A stretch of DNA of 64,000 nt from Blepharisma stoltei ATCC 30299 (GCA_965603825.1 CBFDEM010000035.1:682001-746000); one strand, 5' to 3'. Counted from the first letter of the stretch, positions 44,605 through 58,744 are shown. Notes: generated from the sequence alone by a model not told the origin. Made by a program: numbers and translations.

Positions 44605-45897
44605 ATGTCTGGAAGATGCTTCAAAGATGGTTGTACAAACCAGCTTTATGGGAAATGTGAATGCGAAGGCATTACCTTATTTTGCAAAGACCATGGCTTT
44701 GAGCACTGAGAAAAAAAATCTTCTAAAGGACACTGATGCCTAAGAGTTTACTTTAAGCCAGCAGAAGAAATTAAGCAGCCAATTATTGATAAACTAATAG
44801 CACTCAAAGAAGATATCAAAAACTACAAAATCGACGCACTTATCAACGCAAATACAATTATCAAGAATTTTAAAACTACGCTTGGAAGATATATTGATCA
44901 GATTAATGAAGTAGAAGCAAGAATCAATAAGATGCTTACAATTTTATATAGTGGAGAAGAGGTTCTTGACATTGCTAAAGATGATGATATGGAAAGTGTG
45001 CTTAAATTAAATGCTTCAGATGTTCAGTACAAGATGATTGGGTGGTATATAAGGCCGTGCTACCTAGACTATAAAGATATCAACGCAGCAATTAGTAAAA
45101 CTTATGGAATACCTTTTAATCCTTTTATGCAACCTATAGAAGATATCATTGAATGAAATGAACTCTCATTTTTTAGGAATTCCACTTCAAATTTTGCAAC
45201 TATAAACTTAGATACATTCCAGATTTCTTCTACTGCAACTCTTCCAACTCAAGAACCAATTCATGGACACACTACAAGCTGTATACTTCCTGATTATACT
45301 TATTTCTATTGTTGCAATAACACTAGTTCAGGCTTAGTGTTTACTATTGACAAAAATAAAAATGTTAAATATCTCCAAAATTCAAAAGTAAATCATTATG
45401 CTCATCCTATCTTTTATAATAACTTCATCTATTTAATTGGAGGAAGAAATAACTTGGCTGAAAGGTATGATTTTAAACGAAACGTGTGGGAAAGCATGGC
45501 TCCACTACCTCAAGGTTTTAATTTTACAATTGGTTGCAATGCTTTATATAGAGATTTGATTCTTATAACGAGCTATTATATTCAAAAAATTATAATTTAT
45601 AGCATAACTCAAAACAACTACCAAGAAGTCCCCAATTTGGTGTTAAATGCGAGTTATAAATTTATGCTGAGAGGGAATAAAAGAGTTTATTTATTTGAGA
45701 AAGGGGGAAGGACTTTTGAAAGTGCTGAAAACAATGTTTTTAGTTGGACTCAAATAGGGACTAATAGCATTTATAGAAATTATAATCAATCAAGTGCTGT
45801 TCGCTATAAGGGTTGCCTTTACTTCGTTGTTTGTATTAATCAGCTGTGGAAATTCGATCTTGGTTCTAAGCAAGCATCTCAAGTCGCAACAGTCTAA
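44605..45897 (+). CDS. Zn-finger (B-box-like) / coiled-coil / Kelch-like beta-propeller protein, copy 1
   Basis: Open from ATG 44605 to TAA 45897 with TGA=Trp. CxxxxC..CxC..CxxHxxxH..H motif; IYLIGG..AERYD..WESMAPLP. Confidence 0.8.
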
Positions 45898-47539
45898 AAT
45901 AAAATTTAGAACTTTAATAACTTTCTATACTCTTAAACAAAATGGTAGTGTAGTAAATCTATTCTCTCACTATAGGTTTAGAGTTTAGCTAACTTACTCC
46001 TAAAACGTATAATACAAGTAAAATTGTGGTATCATCAATAAATCTGCTTAAAAGCATGCCCTAACATTGAAGAGGGTCAATCAAGTCTGTCAGGGCTTTA
46101 TAACATCTAGGTTTTAACACCATAAAATTTATGTCAAAGTTTAGGGTATGACAAAGTTACCACTTTTCTCATTACACTTCATATATAGAGCCAAGAATCG
46201 CAATAAGACTAAGCAGTTTGATTTTCAGCACAGTAATTAGTCTAATTTTATTTAATGTATAGCTTTTTAGGGCTATAATAATAAATGGATGCATACCCAT
46301 TAAAATAGCTATATGCAGCCTCTAGATAGTGAATTTCAAAGTTGGAAGGAAGTTCAGCCTAATATTTTGAAAAAATGAGTAATTGCGATAAGCCAAATAT
46401 AAGAGTCCTAGAAAATTATTAAATCACTAAATATTCAATTAATTTTTACTAGTGAAGTGCTCCAGGATATTGTATAATTAAAAGCCGAGCATTTAAAAAC
46501 AAAAGACGTAGCGGAAAACTTAAGGAACTATATCAAAATTGACGTGAATTGAGTGAAATTGAATTGCTCAAATATAGGCATTATTATCATGGGAATTGCT
46601 AGCTTCTTGAATATAGCAAAATGCATATTCAAATCAATTTAATAAAAAAGAGCAAAGGGCATTAATCGTTTTGAAGCAATTGAAAGATATTTAGCAGCTG
46701 GGTTAGTATTCAAAGAAGATAAATTATCAAGAATAAGAGAGTTATCAGTGAAAATTCAGCAATCATCTATCAATAGACAAATCAGTGCTTGGATTTACTG
46801 GAAAGTAGATCTAAACAATATACTCGATTGAAGCCAACAAAATGAGGCTGCACAACTTTTCCATTATGCGAGTCAACTGCAGGATATTGTCTGGATCATA
46901 AAACTTTACAGGTTCTAAACAGGAGGAGTTCAAAATAGAAAAACTGTTGAAGGCTTTGAAAAAAACCGAATTTATGGATAATCTTTATTCTCCACTTCCA
47001 GCATTTCAGATTTTTACAATTAATGAAATAATAAAAGATTGCTACGCTACTGCCAAGTTATTTCCAAACCAGAATAATTCATAGTTAGCGGACTACTGAA
47101 GTAAAGGAAAATCCCAAGCAATATCCAAATAAAATCTTTATATAAGAGTTGCTGATATTTTTGACGAGCAATTGCTTTACTGTGGATATCATAATTGCTT
47201 TAAGAATGATGGAAACATTTTTTTATTTAAATATCTTCTCGAAATAGTAGTATTCGATTAGTTATTATTCATTAATTATTGAAGAAAGACATGAAAGCGC
47301 ATTGAAGCTAACGTATATTATTAATTTCAATTAAACTTAGCTGAAAGTCTTGCTGGCTTTTCGAAAGAAAATCTTCAAGGCAAGCATCAACTTTGCAAGC
47401 TAGCAAATTGAAGAGATGCAGTATTTGCTAGAGAAGTGGTAAAGATTCAAATGAAAGCTGCTAAGATTATAAAGTTATAAATGCAATAATTAGCAAAAGT
47501 TATGAAAAAATTTTAATCCCTTTAGGCAATACAGAGAAA

Positions 47540-48121
47540 ATGCTATTATATCAAATGAGCTTTCATCTTTTATGCATCCTATAAACTTAGATTTCTTCTA
47601 CAGTAACCCTTTCAACTCAAGAGCCAATTCACAAATACACCAGAAGCTGCATACTTCTAATTATACTTATTTTTATTGCTTTAATAATATTATTTCAGGG
47701 TAGCTTTTACAATTGACAAAATAAAAATGCTAAATAGCTTTAAAAATTAAAAGTGATTTGCTATGTTGATATGATATTTCATAATAGATTTATCTATTTA
47801 TTAGGTGGAAAGAATAGCTTGGCTGAGAGATATTATTTTAAGCAAGACTCATGGGAAAGAATGGCTCCATACCTTAAAGTTTGAATTTTAGTTATGGCTG
47901 CAATGCTTTATATAGAGATCTGATCCTTATAACAAGCTATTATATCAAAAAAATCATAATTTATATATATCATACCTCAAAATAAAACAAAAAGTTTCCA
48001 AATGCATATTCTCATAAATTTATGTTGAGAAATAATAAGCTTATGCATTTGAGAAAGGCGGAAAAATTTTTGAAAGTTCTGAATACAATATTTTAAATTA
48101 GACTCAAATAGGGACTAATAG
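47540..48121 (+). pseudogene. Decayed fourth copy of the Kelch-like family
   Basis: Recognisable blocks (caactcaagagccaattcac, atggctccatacct, tgcaatgctttatatagagat, gactcaaatagggactaatag) with indels and stops. Confidence 0.82.
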
Positions 48122-48227
48122 ATTAGCATTTCAAGAAAAGTTGCCTTAAAAGAAATAAAAATCTCCTATAGCTGCAAAGTGTCATTAGACACAAAATAGA
48201 TCGCAAAAATTAGCCTAAAATAATCAA

Positions 48228-49140
48228 TTGAAGCGAAATTCACCGAGGCTGCTCCTAGTAAAGCCTACTCTGCTCCTTCAGATCCACATTACCAGTATAA
48301 AGCTAAAACTAAATTTTTCCTCAAGTGAAAACATTGGAAGATCTAGCATAAAAGAAATCCCTGAAAGCCAGATATCTGACTACTCAACTGTGACTGCTAT
48401 ACTTGCATTTTCAAGATCAGGGCCATTTACAGTAAAAGAGCCTTTTAAAGATAGTGAGTCTAGAACCAAGCATGAGCCTGTAGAAATGGAAAACAGAGCT
48501 ACATTCCCTATAAAATAATATTAATTTAGCATATATATTAGAGAATGAAACGATAATTATCAAAGAAACAGCTTTGGTGTCCATGATGGGCTTCGATAAG
48601 ATGGATTTTGGCTAAACAGCAAAGCAAATTAAAAGGAAGACTGATCCATGGAGATGGAGAAGTCTGAAAAGACGATAAAGCCCACGGCTCTGGAGTCTGT
48701 GTCTATGATAAACAGCATAGAGAAGGCACTGAAGCTTGACATAGCACAATACCAGGGAGAATATGTAGATGGAAAGAAAAAAGGAGGAGGTGGATCTCAA
48801 TGGGCTGGTGGTCGCATTTATGAAGGCGAGTTTAAAGATAATGGCATTCATGGGGTAGGGATTTATATGTGGAGTGACGGGAGAAAATATGTAGGAGAGT
48901 GGATACATAGCAAAATGGAAGGGGCCGGAGCTTTTACGCGGATGACAGAATGTTATGAGAAGAAGCATATGTTGATGATAAAAAACAAGAGTATGGAGTG
49001 CTTGAGTGGCATATGAAAGAAAATATGAAGGAGGCTGATATAATGGAAAACAGCATGAACGAGTTTTATTATACTTCGATAGGAAGTAAAAGAGAAGGAG
49101 AATGGAAAGACGGCCAAAGAATGAAATGGATGACTTATAA
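48228..49140 (+). pseudogene. MORN-repeat pseudogene A
   Basis: KEIPESQISDYST..PVEMEN then IYIRE[W]..YEGEFKDNGIHGVGIYMWSDGRKYVGEW. Frameshifts and an AT-rich insertion at ~48502-48531. Confidence 0.8.
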
Positions 49141-49256
49141 TTTAGATAAGTAATATATCAATAGGAAAATTAATTATTTAATGTATTTGAGAAATTTTAT
49201 TTAAGCACACATTTTATTAGGCAATAAATTAACACTGTTTTAATATTTTAAGAATT

Positions 49257-50048
49257 ATGGGAAATTACTCTTGCCTCATATGTCCAGATGAAAACGAAAA
49301 ATCTACTTGAGAACTCCCATGCAACGACAAAAAGCCTAAAACGCAACCCAGTCGATTTGGAAAATGGAGCTATTTATATTGGAGAATTGGAATAAAAATA
49401 GCCTAGGGCCCGGGTTTGGGCTGCAGCTGTTTACTGATGGTTCTCAATATGAAGGGTATTTGATAAAAAATAAAGCAAATATAAAAGGAAGATTAGTCCG
49501 TGTCAATTGAGATGTCTATGAAGGCGAGAGGAAGAATGACAAGGCTTGTGGATACGGAATTTATGCATATATTTGCGGGGCAAGATATGAATTAACTGAA
49601 AAACTGATGAACAAAATGACACAGGGACTGAGTATCAGCCTAATGGATGAAAATATCATGGAGAGTATTTAAGTGGCCTAAGGCATGAGTTTAGAAAATA
49701 TGAATTGGAGGATGGAAGTTCCTATGAAGAGCATTTTAAGGATAATAAATATCATGGAATGGGGGGTTTCACATGACGTGGTCGGAAAATAAGATCTATA
49801 GGAGAATGGGCAAATAATAAACTGCATGGGCAGGGCATTTTACATGGATTGATAGAGGATCATATATTGGGGAGTATGCTAATGATAAAAAGCAAGGATT
49901 TGGAGTTTTAGAGCGGCCTGATGGAAGAAAGTATGAAGGAAACTGGTATAATGACGAAGAGAATGGGATGAGCTGGTATATAGCTAAAGGAGTGAAAAAG
50001 AAAGTTGAGTGGAAAGATGGGATAATAAGAGCATGGACTACTGAATAA
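49257..50048 (+). pseudogene. MORN-repeat pseudogene B (internally deleted)
   Basis: MGNYSCL start, ENGAIYIGE, DGSQYEG, KQGFGV..PDGRKYEGNWYN; several stops and frameshifts. Confidence 0.82.
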
Positions 50049-51214
50049 TTGTATAATATTTATGCCTATTGTTTTAAAAATTTTTTTTTAAATTATATTG
50101 GGGTTAGTTTTCAAACAGAAATTTAGCAGACCCAGACATGCCAGCAAAAGCCATCAATAATAGTATTAATCGAGATTATGCAAATTAAAATTATATATAA
50201 ACAGAGATCCAGGATATTTATTCAGAGGTTTGCATACTAAAAGCCAAGCTATATGGGATATAGCAGAAATTTGGAAATTATCTCTTAAATTTATATATAA
50301 TATACGAATGCTATTTTCAGCAATTAAACGAAATATATTAAATCGCTATTATTCCAAGCTTTAAAAGACCAAATATAATAAAATGAGCATAAGAGATCTC
50401 CTAAATAAACAACGAAAAACTGCTAGCTTTCTCACCTGCAAGGATTTTTCTGACTTTGGCTTTATTCGAAAATCTAGTTCCCTAGACTTCTATAGCGTTT
50501 TCTGTTATGCTTTCCAATATAATTTTAAGTTATTACTTTATAGCTTAGGGCTTCTTGTTCTCAACTGGGCTAAATCGATGAGCAATCATTATAAACTCAA
50601 AAGTATTAATTATTTATGCTTAAATAATGGCACATCATTAAAAAGTCCTCAAAACATATTATAAGATTTTAAAACTAATGCTGAGAAAATATTGAACAAG
50701 TGTATTTCTCCTAAAAATTAGCATTTTCATATGCTTTATTTCCATTTGTTTTAAAAACCTTCTCCAATTGATGTTTTTAAGTAAATTCAATGTTTAGTAG
50801 CGAAGAGGGTCTATTAAAATTAATTTAGATTGTTTGAAAAGCTTCTGTGATTACCCGAAGATAATTTTCTCCGCTCTTCGCCACCAGCTACCTGCTGCCA
50901 TCTTCAGGATTGGCGCTATGTAATGAGAAAAGTGGAAACTTTGTTATACCCTAAACTTTGACATAAATTTTCTGGTGTTAAAACCTAGCTGATATAAGAC
51001 CTGATAGACTTTATGGAACCTTTCCCTGCGCAATATTAGTCTTCTAATTCAGGACATGCTTAAGCAGATTTATTGATGATACCACAATTTTACTTGTATT
51101 ATACGTTTTAGGAATAAGTTAGCTAAACTCTAAACCTATAGTGAGAGAATAGATTTACTACACTACCATTTTGTTTAAGAGTATAGAAAGTTATTAAAGT
51201 TCTAAATTTTTATT

Positions 51215-52510
51215 TTAGACTGTTGCGACTTGAGATGCTTGCTTAGAACCAAGATCGAATTTCCACAGCTGATTTGGATAAACAACGAAGTAAAGGCAAC
51301 CCTTATAGCGAACAGCACTTGATTGATTTAAATCTCCTGTGATGCTATTAGTCCCTATTTGAGTCCAACTAAAAACATTGTTTTCAGCACTTTCAAAAGT
51401 CCTTCCCCCTTTCTCAAATAAATAAACTCTTTTATTCCCTCTCAGCATAAATTTATGATAATTGCCATTTAACAGCAAATTGGGGACTTCTTGGTAGTTG
51501 TTTTGAGTTATGCTATAAATTATAATTTTTTGAATATAATAGCTCGTTATAAGAATCAAATCTCTATATAAAGCATTGCAACTAATTCCAAAATTAAAAC
51601 CTTGAGGTAGTGGAGCCATGCTTTCCCACACGTTTCGTTTAAAATCATACCTTTCAGCCAATTTATTATTTCCTCCAATTAAATAGATGAAGTTATTATA
51701 AAAGATAGGATGAGCATAATGATTTACTTTTGAATTTTGGAGATATTTAACATTTTTATTTTTGTCAATAGTAAACACTAAGCCTGAACTAGTGTTATTG
51801 CAACAATAGAAATAAGTATAATCAGGAAGTATACAGTTTGTAGTGTATGCGCTAATTGATTCTTGAGTTGGAAGAGTTGCAGTAGAAGAAATCTGGAAGG
51901 TATCTAAATTTATAGTTGCAAAATTTGAAGAATTATTCCTAAAAAATGAGAGCTCGCTTGATATGATCATATTTTCTATATCATACATAAAAGGATTAAA
52001 AGGTTTTTCATAAGTTTTGCTAATTGCTGCATTAATATCTTTATAGTCTAGGTAACACTCTTTTATATCTCATCCATTCATCTTACACCGGGCATCTGAA
52101 GCATTTAATTTAAGCACGCTTTCCATATCATCATCTTTAGCAATATCAAGAACTTCATCTCCACTATATAAAATTGTAAGCACTTTATTGATTCTTGCTT
52201 CTGCTTTATTAATCTGATCAATATATATTCCAAGCGTAGTATTGAAATTCTTGATAATTGTATTTGCGTTGATTAGTGCGCCAATTTTGTAGTTTTTGAT
52301 ATCTTCTTTGAGTGCTATTAGTTTATCAATAATTGGCTGCTTAATTTCTTCTGCTGGCTTAAAGTATAGTCTTAGGCAACGGTGCCCTTTAGAAGTTGGT
52401 TTTTCTAAATGCTCAAGGCTGTGCGCTTTGCAAAATAAGACAATGCCTTCGCATTCACATTTCCCATAAAGCTGCTTTGTACAGCCATCTTTGAAGCATC
52501 TTCCAGACAT
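51215..52510 (-). CDS. Zn-finger / coiled-coil / Kelch-like protein, copy 2
   Basis: ORFs 52070-52510 and 51215-51988 are in frame across a TGA that aligns with TGG in copy 1. Confidence 0.85.
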
Positions 52511-52989
52511 AATTATAGAATCATAATAAGCTATTATTTCTTTTCTTATTTAAAGTTTATTTCCCCAGATAAAAATTATAATCCTAACAGCTCGATTATA
52601 TTTTATATTCTTAACCTTATCTGATTAGATTCTTAAGATATAGCATAGGCATATTTTCCTTTAATAGTTTATTATATATTTATAGTGCTCTTTAAAGCTC
52701 TCTTATTAATTAAAATACGTCTTCTAAATATTTATTTGAACTATTCATATCCTACTTTATTTTGTAATGGAGCAGAAATGAAGTCACAAGGCGCCCTGGG
52801 CTTATAGACCAAGATTTGGCACTGGCGAGGAATCTTATTACAGATAGGGTTTAGATGATGATGATGATTATGACAGCTTATTCTGGATGAGAAATTCTTG
52901 GACGATGCTGATAAATTCTCAGAAAATGATTAAATAAGATTTTGAACGAGAAGAAGGTGATGAGGAAGAAGGAGAATACAGGGAAAGTG

Positions 52990-53612
52990 CACTGATTACT
53001 CTAAAGATATCTCCATTGTAACGGACTAATCTTCCTTTTATGTTTGCTTTATCTTTTATCCAATACCCTTCATATTGAGACCCATCAGTAAACAGCTGCA
53101 GCCCAAACCCGTGCCTTTGGCGTTTTTTATAACATTCTCCTATATAAATAGATCCATTTTCCAACTCGACTCGGTTGCACTTCATTCTTGGCTCATTTTC
53201 AGGAAATAGCTCATCAATTTTATAAGGCTCTAGTTAGCTCTGTCAACAGCTGTTGAGTAATCAGGGACTTCTTCTTTTGGGATTTCTTTTAAAAAAGATC
53301 TGGTAATATGGGCAGAGAAGGAGGGAAAAAATGCTTAAGTAGGGGAGAGTCTCAGCTATTTTGTGCTTTTATTGGTTTTGTCCTGCTGATGATTTGAGTT
53401 ATTTTACGATCTAAATAGCCACGGAGGACACTTTGGAGATGGACGATTTCCAGCTTGCTGATTTGAATTTCAGTTTTGAGGCTTTTTATCATCGTCGCAT
53501 GGAAATTCTTGTTCGAGGCTGGGCTTATGGAAGGTCTTTGCATTTCTTGGAAACTTTCTGTAATAAATTTTTCGTTTTCGTCTCGATATGTGAGGCAAGT
53601 GTAATTTCCCAT
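52990..53612 (-). pseudogene. IQ/MORN-repeat pseudogene B' (3'-truncated inverted paralog of B)
   Basis: MGNYTCL, IQ-like HLQSVLRGYLDRK, ENGSIYIGE..RHGFGLQLFTDGSQYEGYW; frameshifts; homology ends at ~53005. Confidence 0.8.
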
Positions 53613-53726
53613 AGCTGTTAAAATATTATAATAGTTTAGTTTATGCCTAATAAAATTTGTGCTTAAATAAAATTTATCAAATACATTAAATAATTAATTT
53701 TCCTATTGAAATATTACTATCTAGAT

Positions 53727-54660
53727 CATAAGTCATCCATTTCATTCTTTGACCATCTTTCCATTATCCTTCTCTTTTACTTCTAATAAAATCCGTCCAT
53801 GCTGTTTTCCATTATACCAGCCTCCTTCATATTTTCTTCCATCAGGCACCCAAGTACTCCATATCCTTATTTTTTATCATAAAACATATCTTCATTTATA
53901 TGTCATTCCATAAAAGTTCCGATCCCTTCCATTTTACTATATATTTTTTATTATAATAAATTCTGCATTCATTAATAATAAATTTTATAATAAATGTATT
54001 ATGGAGTATCTATTTTCCTAAATATTTTCTACCGTCACTCCTCATATAAATCCTCGCCCTATGAAAACCATAATCTTTAAGCTGACCTTTATAAAAATCC
54101 CCCAGCCCATTCAAATCTGTCTTTCCCTTGTTTCTTTCCGCCTGCATATTCTCCTTGGTATCGTGCTCTGCCAAATTTCAGTGCCTTCTCCATTCTGTTT
54201 AGCATCTTTCCAATATAGCTCCGTTCATATAGACATAGACTCGAAAGCCGTGGGTTTTGTCGTTTTTTCATTCACCTTTATAGATTTCTCCAACCCCATT
54301 GATCAGTCTACCTTTTAAATTTACTTTGTCGTTTAACCAAAATCCATTATATCGAAGCCCATCATGGACACCAAAGCCGTGTCTTTGATAATTATTGTTT
54401 AATTCTCGAATATATATGCTAAATTAACTAAATTTTAATTATTTAATTAATGGGGAGTATGCCCAGTTTTCCATTCGACAGGCACATACTTGGTTCTATG
54501 CTCGCTATCTTTAAAAGGCTCTTTTACTGTAAATGGTCCTGGTCTTGAAAATGCAAGATGAGTAGTCAGTGATTTCTTTTATGCTAGATCTTACAATATT
54601 TTCACTTGCAAGAAAATAATTAGTTTTAACTTTTACTGAGTATTTGAATCTGAAGGGGCA
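53727..54660 (-). pseudogene. MORN-repeat pseudogene A' (inverted paralog of A)
   Basis: Reverse-complement homology to 48230-49140 (e.g. ARYQGEYAGGKKQG, DGRKYEGGWYNGKQHG) with many lesions. Confidence 0.8.
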
Positions 54661-55763
54661 GAAACACTTCAACTGACTTTGTTAGGTTAATACTTTTGAT
54701 TTTTTGGGTGATCTATATAGCGCCTAAGTACACTTTGCAGCTTTACGATGCCTCATAAAGAGATTTTTAGCTCTTTTAAAGGGACTGTTTCTTGTTATGC
54801 TAGGTTGCTTTATACTCTGATAGGTTAAAAGCTTTCTTATTCATAACAGGCTACGCCCTAAATTCGTAGACTTATAAAAATCAGCATTTCATCTATTACC
54901 CTCTCTATTTTGCCTTACTGGTGATTAAATAGTCTGCAAAGCGTCATACTGAAGACTTAATTTTTCCCCTTGAATATTTTTCGTGCTTAATTCCTCAAAC
55001 AATTCTTCCTTGTTTTTTGTTAAACTCTTGGAATTTGCTTTTAGAAGCAATAGAATCATAAGCTATTTATATGCTTGATGTCTTTTTTATTTAGCTCGAT
55101 TCCTAGCTCGTTTTCTAAAATAAAATCATGGGACATTTTATTTTCAATAGAAATAATTTCTAGCAGGGGTCTTTAGTTGGACTTGCCGGGTCTTTAAATT
55201 TTGATTTAATTGGTTGGTTTAGGGTTTTGGACCTGTATCTTTGCCCAAATAGCGGGACTGGTTAGATTTGAGCAGGTAAGACTTGGATTTGGATGATAAT
55301 TTTCCAATGATGGAGTTATACCTTCTTATTAAATTGTCCTTGTGAGCTTCGTAAGACTTAGCCAAGGATAGTTGAGAAATTCATAATTAAGACATAAGGA
55401 TTTTAAGGGGAAAATGCTGAGGGAATGCACAATTTCGCTTTTCATGTATAATCAGTTTTGCATTCATTATTCTTTTGCGCTTAATTTGGTCCGAATTAAA
55501 CGGATGATAAATCGTAAATATTATTATTATTATTCTTTTGCGCTTATAAATGGCATTTTGAAAGAATTTAAATAATTGGCAAAGAAATGAAACTGAAAAT
55601 TGGAATTGAATCGTCAATTTTTGCCTGTGTAATTATTTAGCAAGGCAATAGATTCTTTAAGTAGCCATTACAATTTATAGCAATTTGTATTCATCACGCT
55701 TTATTTATTGATATTTGCATTTATTTTTTGATAATTATTTACAAATATTAATAACTTAATTTT

Positions 55764-58087
55764 ATGAATTTCTAAAATACGCATCATTTTGGGAAATATG
55801 ATTAATTGGCAGATTTACAATTATTTACCTTTGCAGAACCAAACCCTGACAGAGTAGAATACCAGTACATCGATCTAGACTCTCCAGTCATCGAAATAAA
55901 ATTCTGCGGCGCTCAAGACGAAGTCACGCTTCTTCTCACCACTGAAAATTCAATATATCGCTCTGAAAACAAAGACTTTTCATGGAAGCTGCTTTCCCCA
56001 ATTCTAGAAAAAGAAAAAAAAGGCAGGATCAACAGTAGGCAAGGTAATCCAAATAATCTTAAATCCAGCCTACAAGCAAGTCGTGGTGATGCTAGGAAGC
56101 ACAGGCCTTAACTGGCTTTCAGAAGATTGTGGCAAAACAATAAAAGCTTTAAACTATGGACAACCAATGGAAGAATATCACTTTCATCCTACAGAAAGAG
56201 ACTGGGGATTAGCAGCGTCCTGGAGCAAATGCTCAGATTTCGTAGGTAAATCCTGCAAAAAATACAGAGCTGTTTATCTGACAAAAAATTTAGGAGAAAC
56301 TTGGACAAAAGTTGTGGATTATACTGTCCAATTTTCATGAGCATATAAAAATTTAGCACAAAATATCAGAAAAAATATCCCAAAAAAAAGAATTTATGTC
56401 ACAAGAAGTTTGGAGGAATGAGACCAAAAGGTGGCAGGATGAAGCTATAATGTTGATATGATAAAAAGTGATGATTTTTTCAAAACCTCTTCAATTTTAG
56501 TCCCACATTGAATAAATTTTTACTAGCTGAAAAATACATTTTAGTAACTCAATTTATTGAAGAAGGATCACAAGATGTTTCTAACGAAGAAAATATAGAG
56601 AAGTTCTATAAAGCAGAATTGCCTATTAGAAGAATTCCTGAGAATAGCTATACTTTATTAGACACAAGTGAAGGGTCAATTTTTCTCAATATAAACGATT
56701 CTGGCCCAGACTCAAGATATGGAAGCATCTACAAATCTGACGTCACAGGCAGAAAATTTGTATTCTCTCTCCTTCGCAACGTCAGAGATGCAAAAGGATA
56801 CTGCGATTTTAACAGATTTTATGAGCTGAAGGAATTTATATAGCCAATATCTATGACCAGGAAAAAACTAACGAAGAATTTGATGCTTCTACCACAAAAA
56901 GGCAAACAATTATCGCAGATTTAGACCAAAGCTACAAGAAAACTGTTATTTCATTCAAAAAAGGAGGATTTTGGAATCCTTAACCCTCCAGAAATGGATT
57001 CTAGTGGTAAGCATGCCCTCTGCAAAGACAAAGACTGTTCCCTTCATTTACATTCCATTACTTCTCAAAAATTCGGTCCTGTTTATTCCTCAGTAAATGC
57101 TGTCGGAATTATCATAGGTGTGGGAAATGTTGGAAAATATTTATCCAATAAGCCTGACGAACTCAATACCTATTTATCAAGAGATGGCGGACTAACCTGG
57201 ACTGAAATTAAAAAAGGGTCATATATTTATGAAACCGGTGGCCAGGATTCTATTATAGTAATGCCTGATAGCCAACAAGCCACAGATAAGTTCTATTTAT
57301 CTTGGGATGAGGGCCTTACTTGAGACTCAGTCAAATTTACTGACATTCCTATAGAAATTGACGATATTATCATTGAGTCCAAAGCGACATCTCAGAATTT
57401 CATTATATTTGGCAAAATATGAGAAAAAGGAGCCAGTATAGCCATTGATTTTTCTTCACTTCATCAGCGACAATGCAAAGGTGCTGATAAGCCAGGAGAA
57501 AGCAATAGTGACTATGAGCTGTGGAGGGAGGTCTTGGGATAAATGCTTGTTAGGCAGAAAAGTAGAATATGTCAGGAGAAAAAGAGAAAGCAAATGCTTT
57601 AATCGAGAAAAGTTCAAAAGAGGCACGTTTCTACATAATTGTGCATGCGTTATACCTAATTTTGAGTGCGATTTTTGATTTTCCAGAGAAAATGGAGGGC
57701 TGTGTAATAAAATTGAAGGGTCTATTGGTGAAGAAAAATGCCAGAACGGGGAAGAGTATTATGAAATTCCAAGTGGGCTCAGAAAAATATCCGGAGATAC
57801 CTGTGAGCACGGGCTCAGTTTTTATTTAGACCCACTTAAATATAAATGTGACCCCGAGTGAAATCATCAATCTCCTTTTCAATATAGCAATTATAATTGC
57901 CTTGATTTAACTTGCATTTTCAAATTTTATCTGCAGAAAATGGACTGAATTTTAAAGGTCTAAATTTTTTAGCAAGGCTAGGTAGTTCGAAGGCCTCAGT
58001 GTTGCTCCTGAAGGTATGAAAAAAGAGCTTCCTGCTATAGGAAATGACACTTTTGACGAAGAATCCAAATTTAATCCTAATTCTTAA
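55764..58087 (+). pseudogene. Vps10/sortilin-family pseudogene
   Basis: BNR/Asp-box motifs (YRSENKDFSW, LTKNLGETW, YLSRDGGLTW, LSWDEGLT), CSLHLHS, AVGIIIGVGNVG, 10CC region CLLGRKVEYVRRKRESKCFN..NCAC..FECDF. Multiple frameshifts not explained by 15/16-nt introns. Confidence 0.88.
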
Positions 58088-58744
58088 AATTATTATAAAA
58101 AATGAGCATCCGTAATGGGCTGGAGAATGCTTTAAAAGAAATACAAACTCATCCTGACAAAATCGACGAGTGTCTGAAAAAGACTATTTTTAAAGATTCT
58201 GATTCAATATTTATTGAATACAAAAGAAGACCTTGAAAAACAAAAAATGCTCTCATAAATGAATTGCTGATATCGATGATCTGAATTCGTTAATTTGCTT
58301 TACTTTTTCAGCAAAAAAAGGCAAAAAATAAAGATCCTGAGCTAAGGCTTAAGGTTTGACAGAAAAAATCCTAGCTCTTAAATTCACAAGAAACTTGCTA
58401 ATCAATCCGAACCATTGCACCTGAAACCGAGCTCCTAGCCAGCGGAGCAAAACCCTGGCGCCTGTAGTTAATAATGCAATTCCGAAGAACCGAAAAGTCT
58501 TCAAACCACGACTTCGTGGTCTAAAAACTGAATGTATGAGGCTCCCATAGATATTGAGGAATCTTTTCGAAATTAATTGGATGTGCTGGAAGTAAATATG
58601 AAAATACTCCTATTGATATTTTCAGCTTGGCCGGGTTTAATGAAGCCTTTCTGAAAAGAGATCAATTTTATAAACGACGTATTAGGCCGAGACTGTGTTG
58701 AGATACTCCGAAAAATGCAGATAAAAGCCGCTGAATCTAAAGAA

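Larger units (their letters stand above)
48124..54802. repeat. Diverged inverted segmental duplication: ~48124-49520 vs ~54802-53005
   Basis: Colinear reverse-complement matches across two MORN pseudogenes and their intergenic spacer. Boundaries approximate. Confidence 0.8.

Noticed and set aside
46059-46066. Single CCCTAACA, the heterotrich telomeric unit
   Set aside because: One 8-mer is expected about once by chance in 64 kb on two strands, and there is no tandem array.
46400-47470. Coding-like remnant
   Set aside because: Multiple TAA/TAG stops and no identifiable product.
54810-55385. Coding-like remnant on the minus strand
   Set aside because: Interrupted frames and no identifiable motif.
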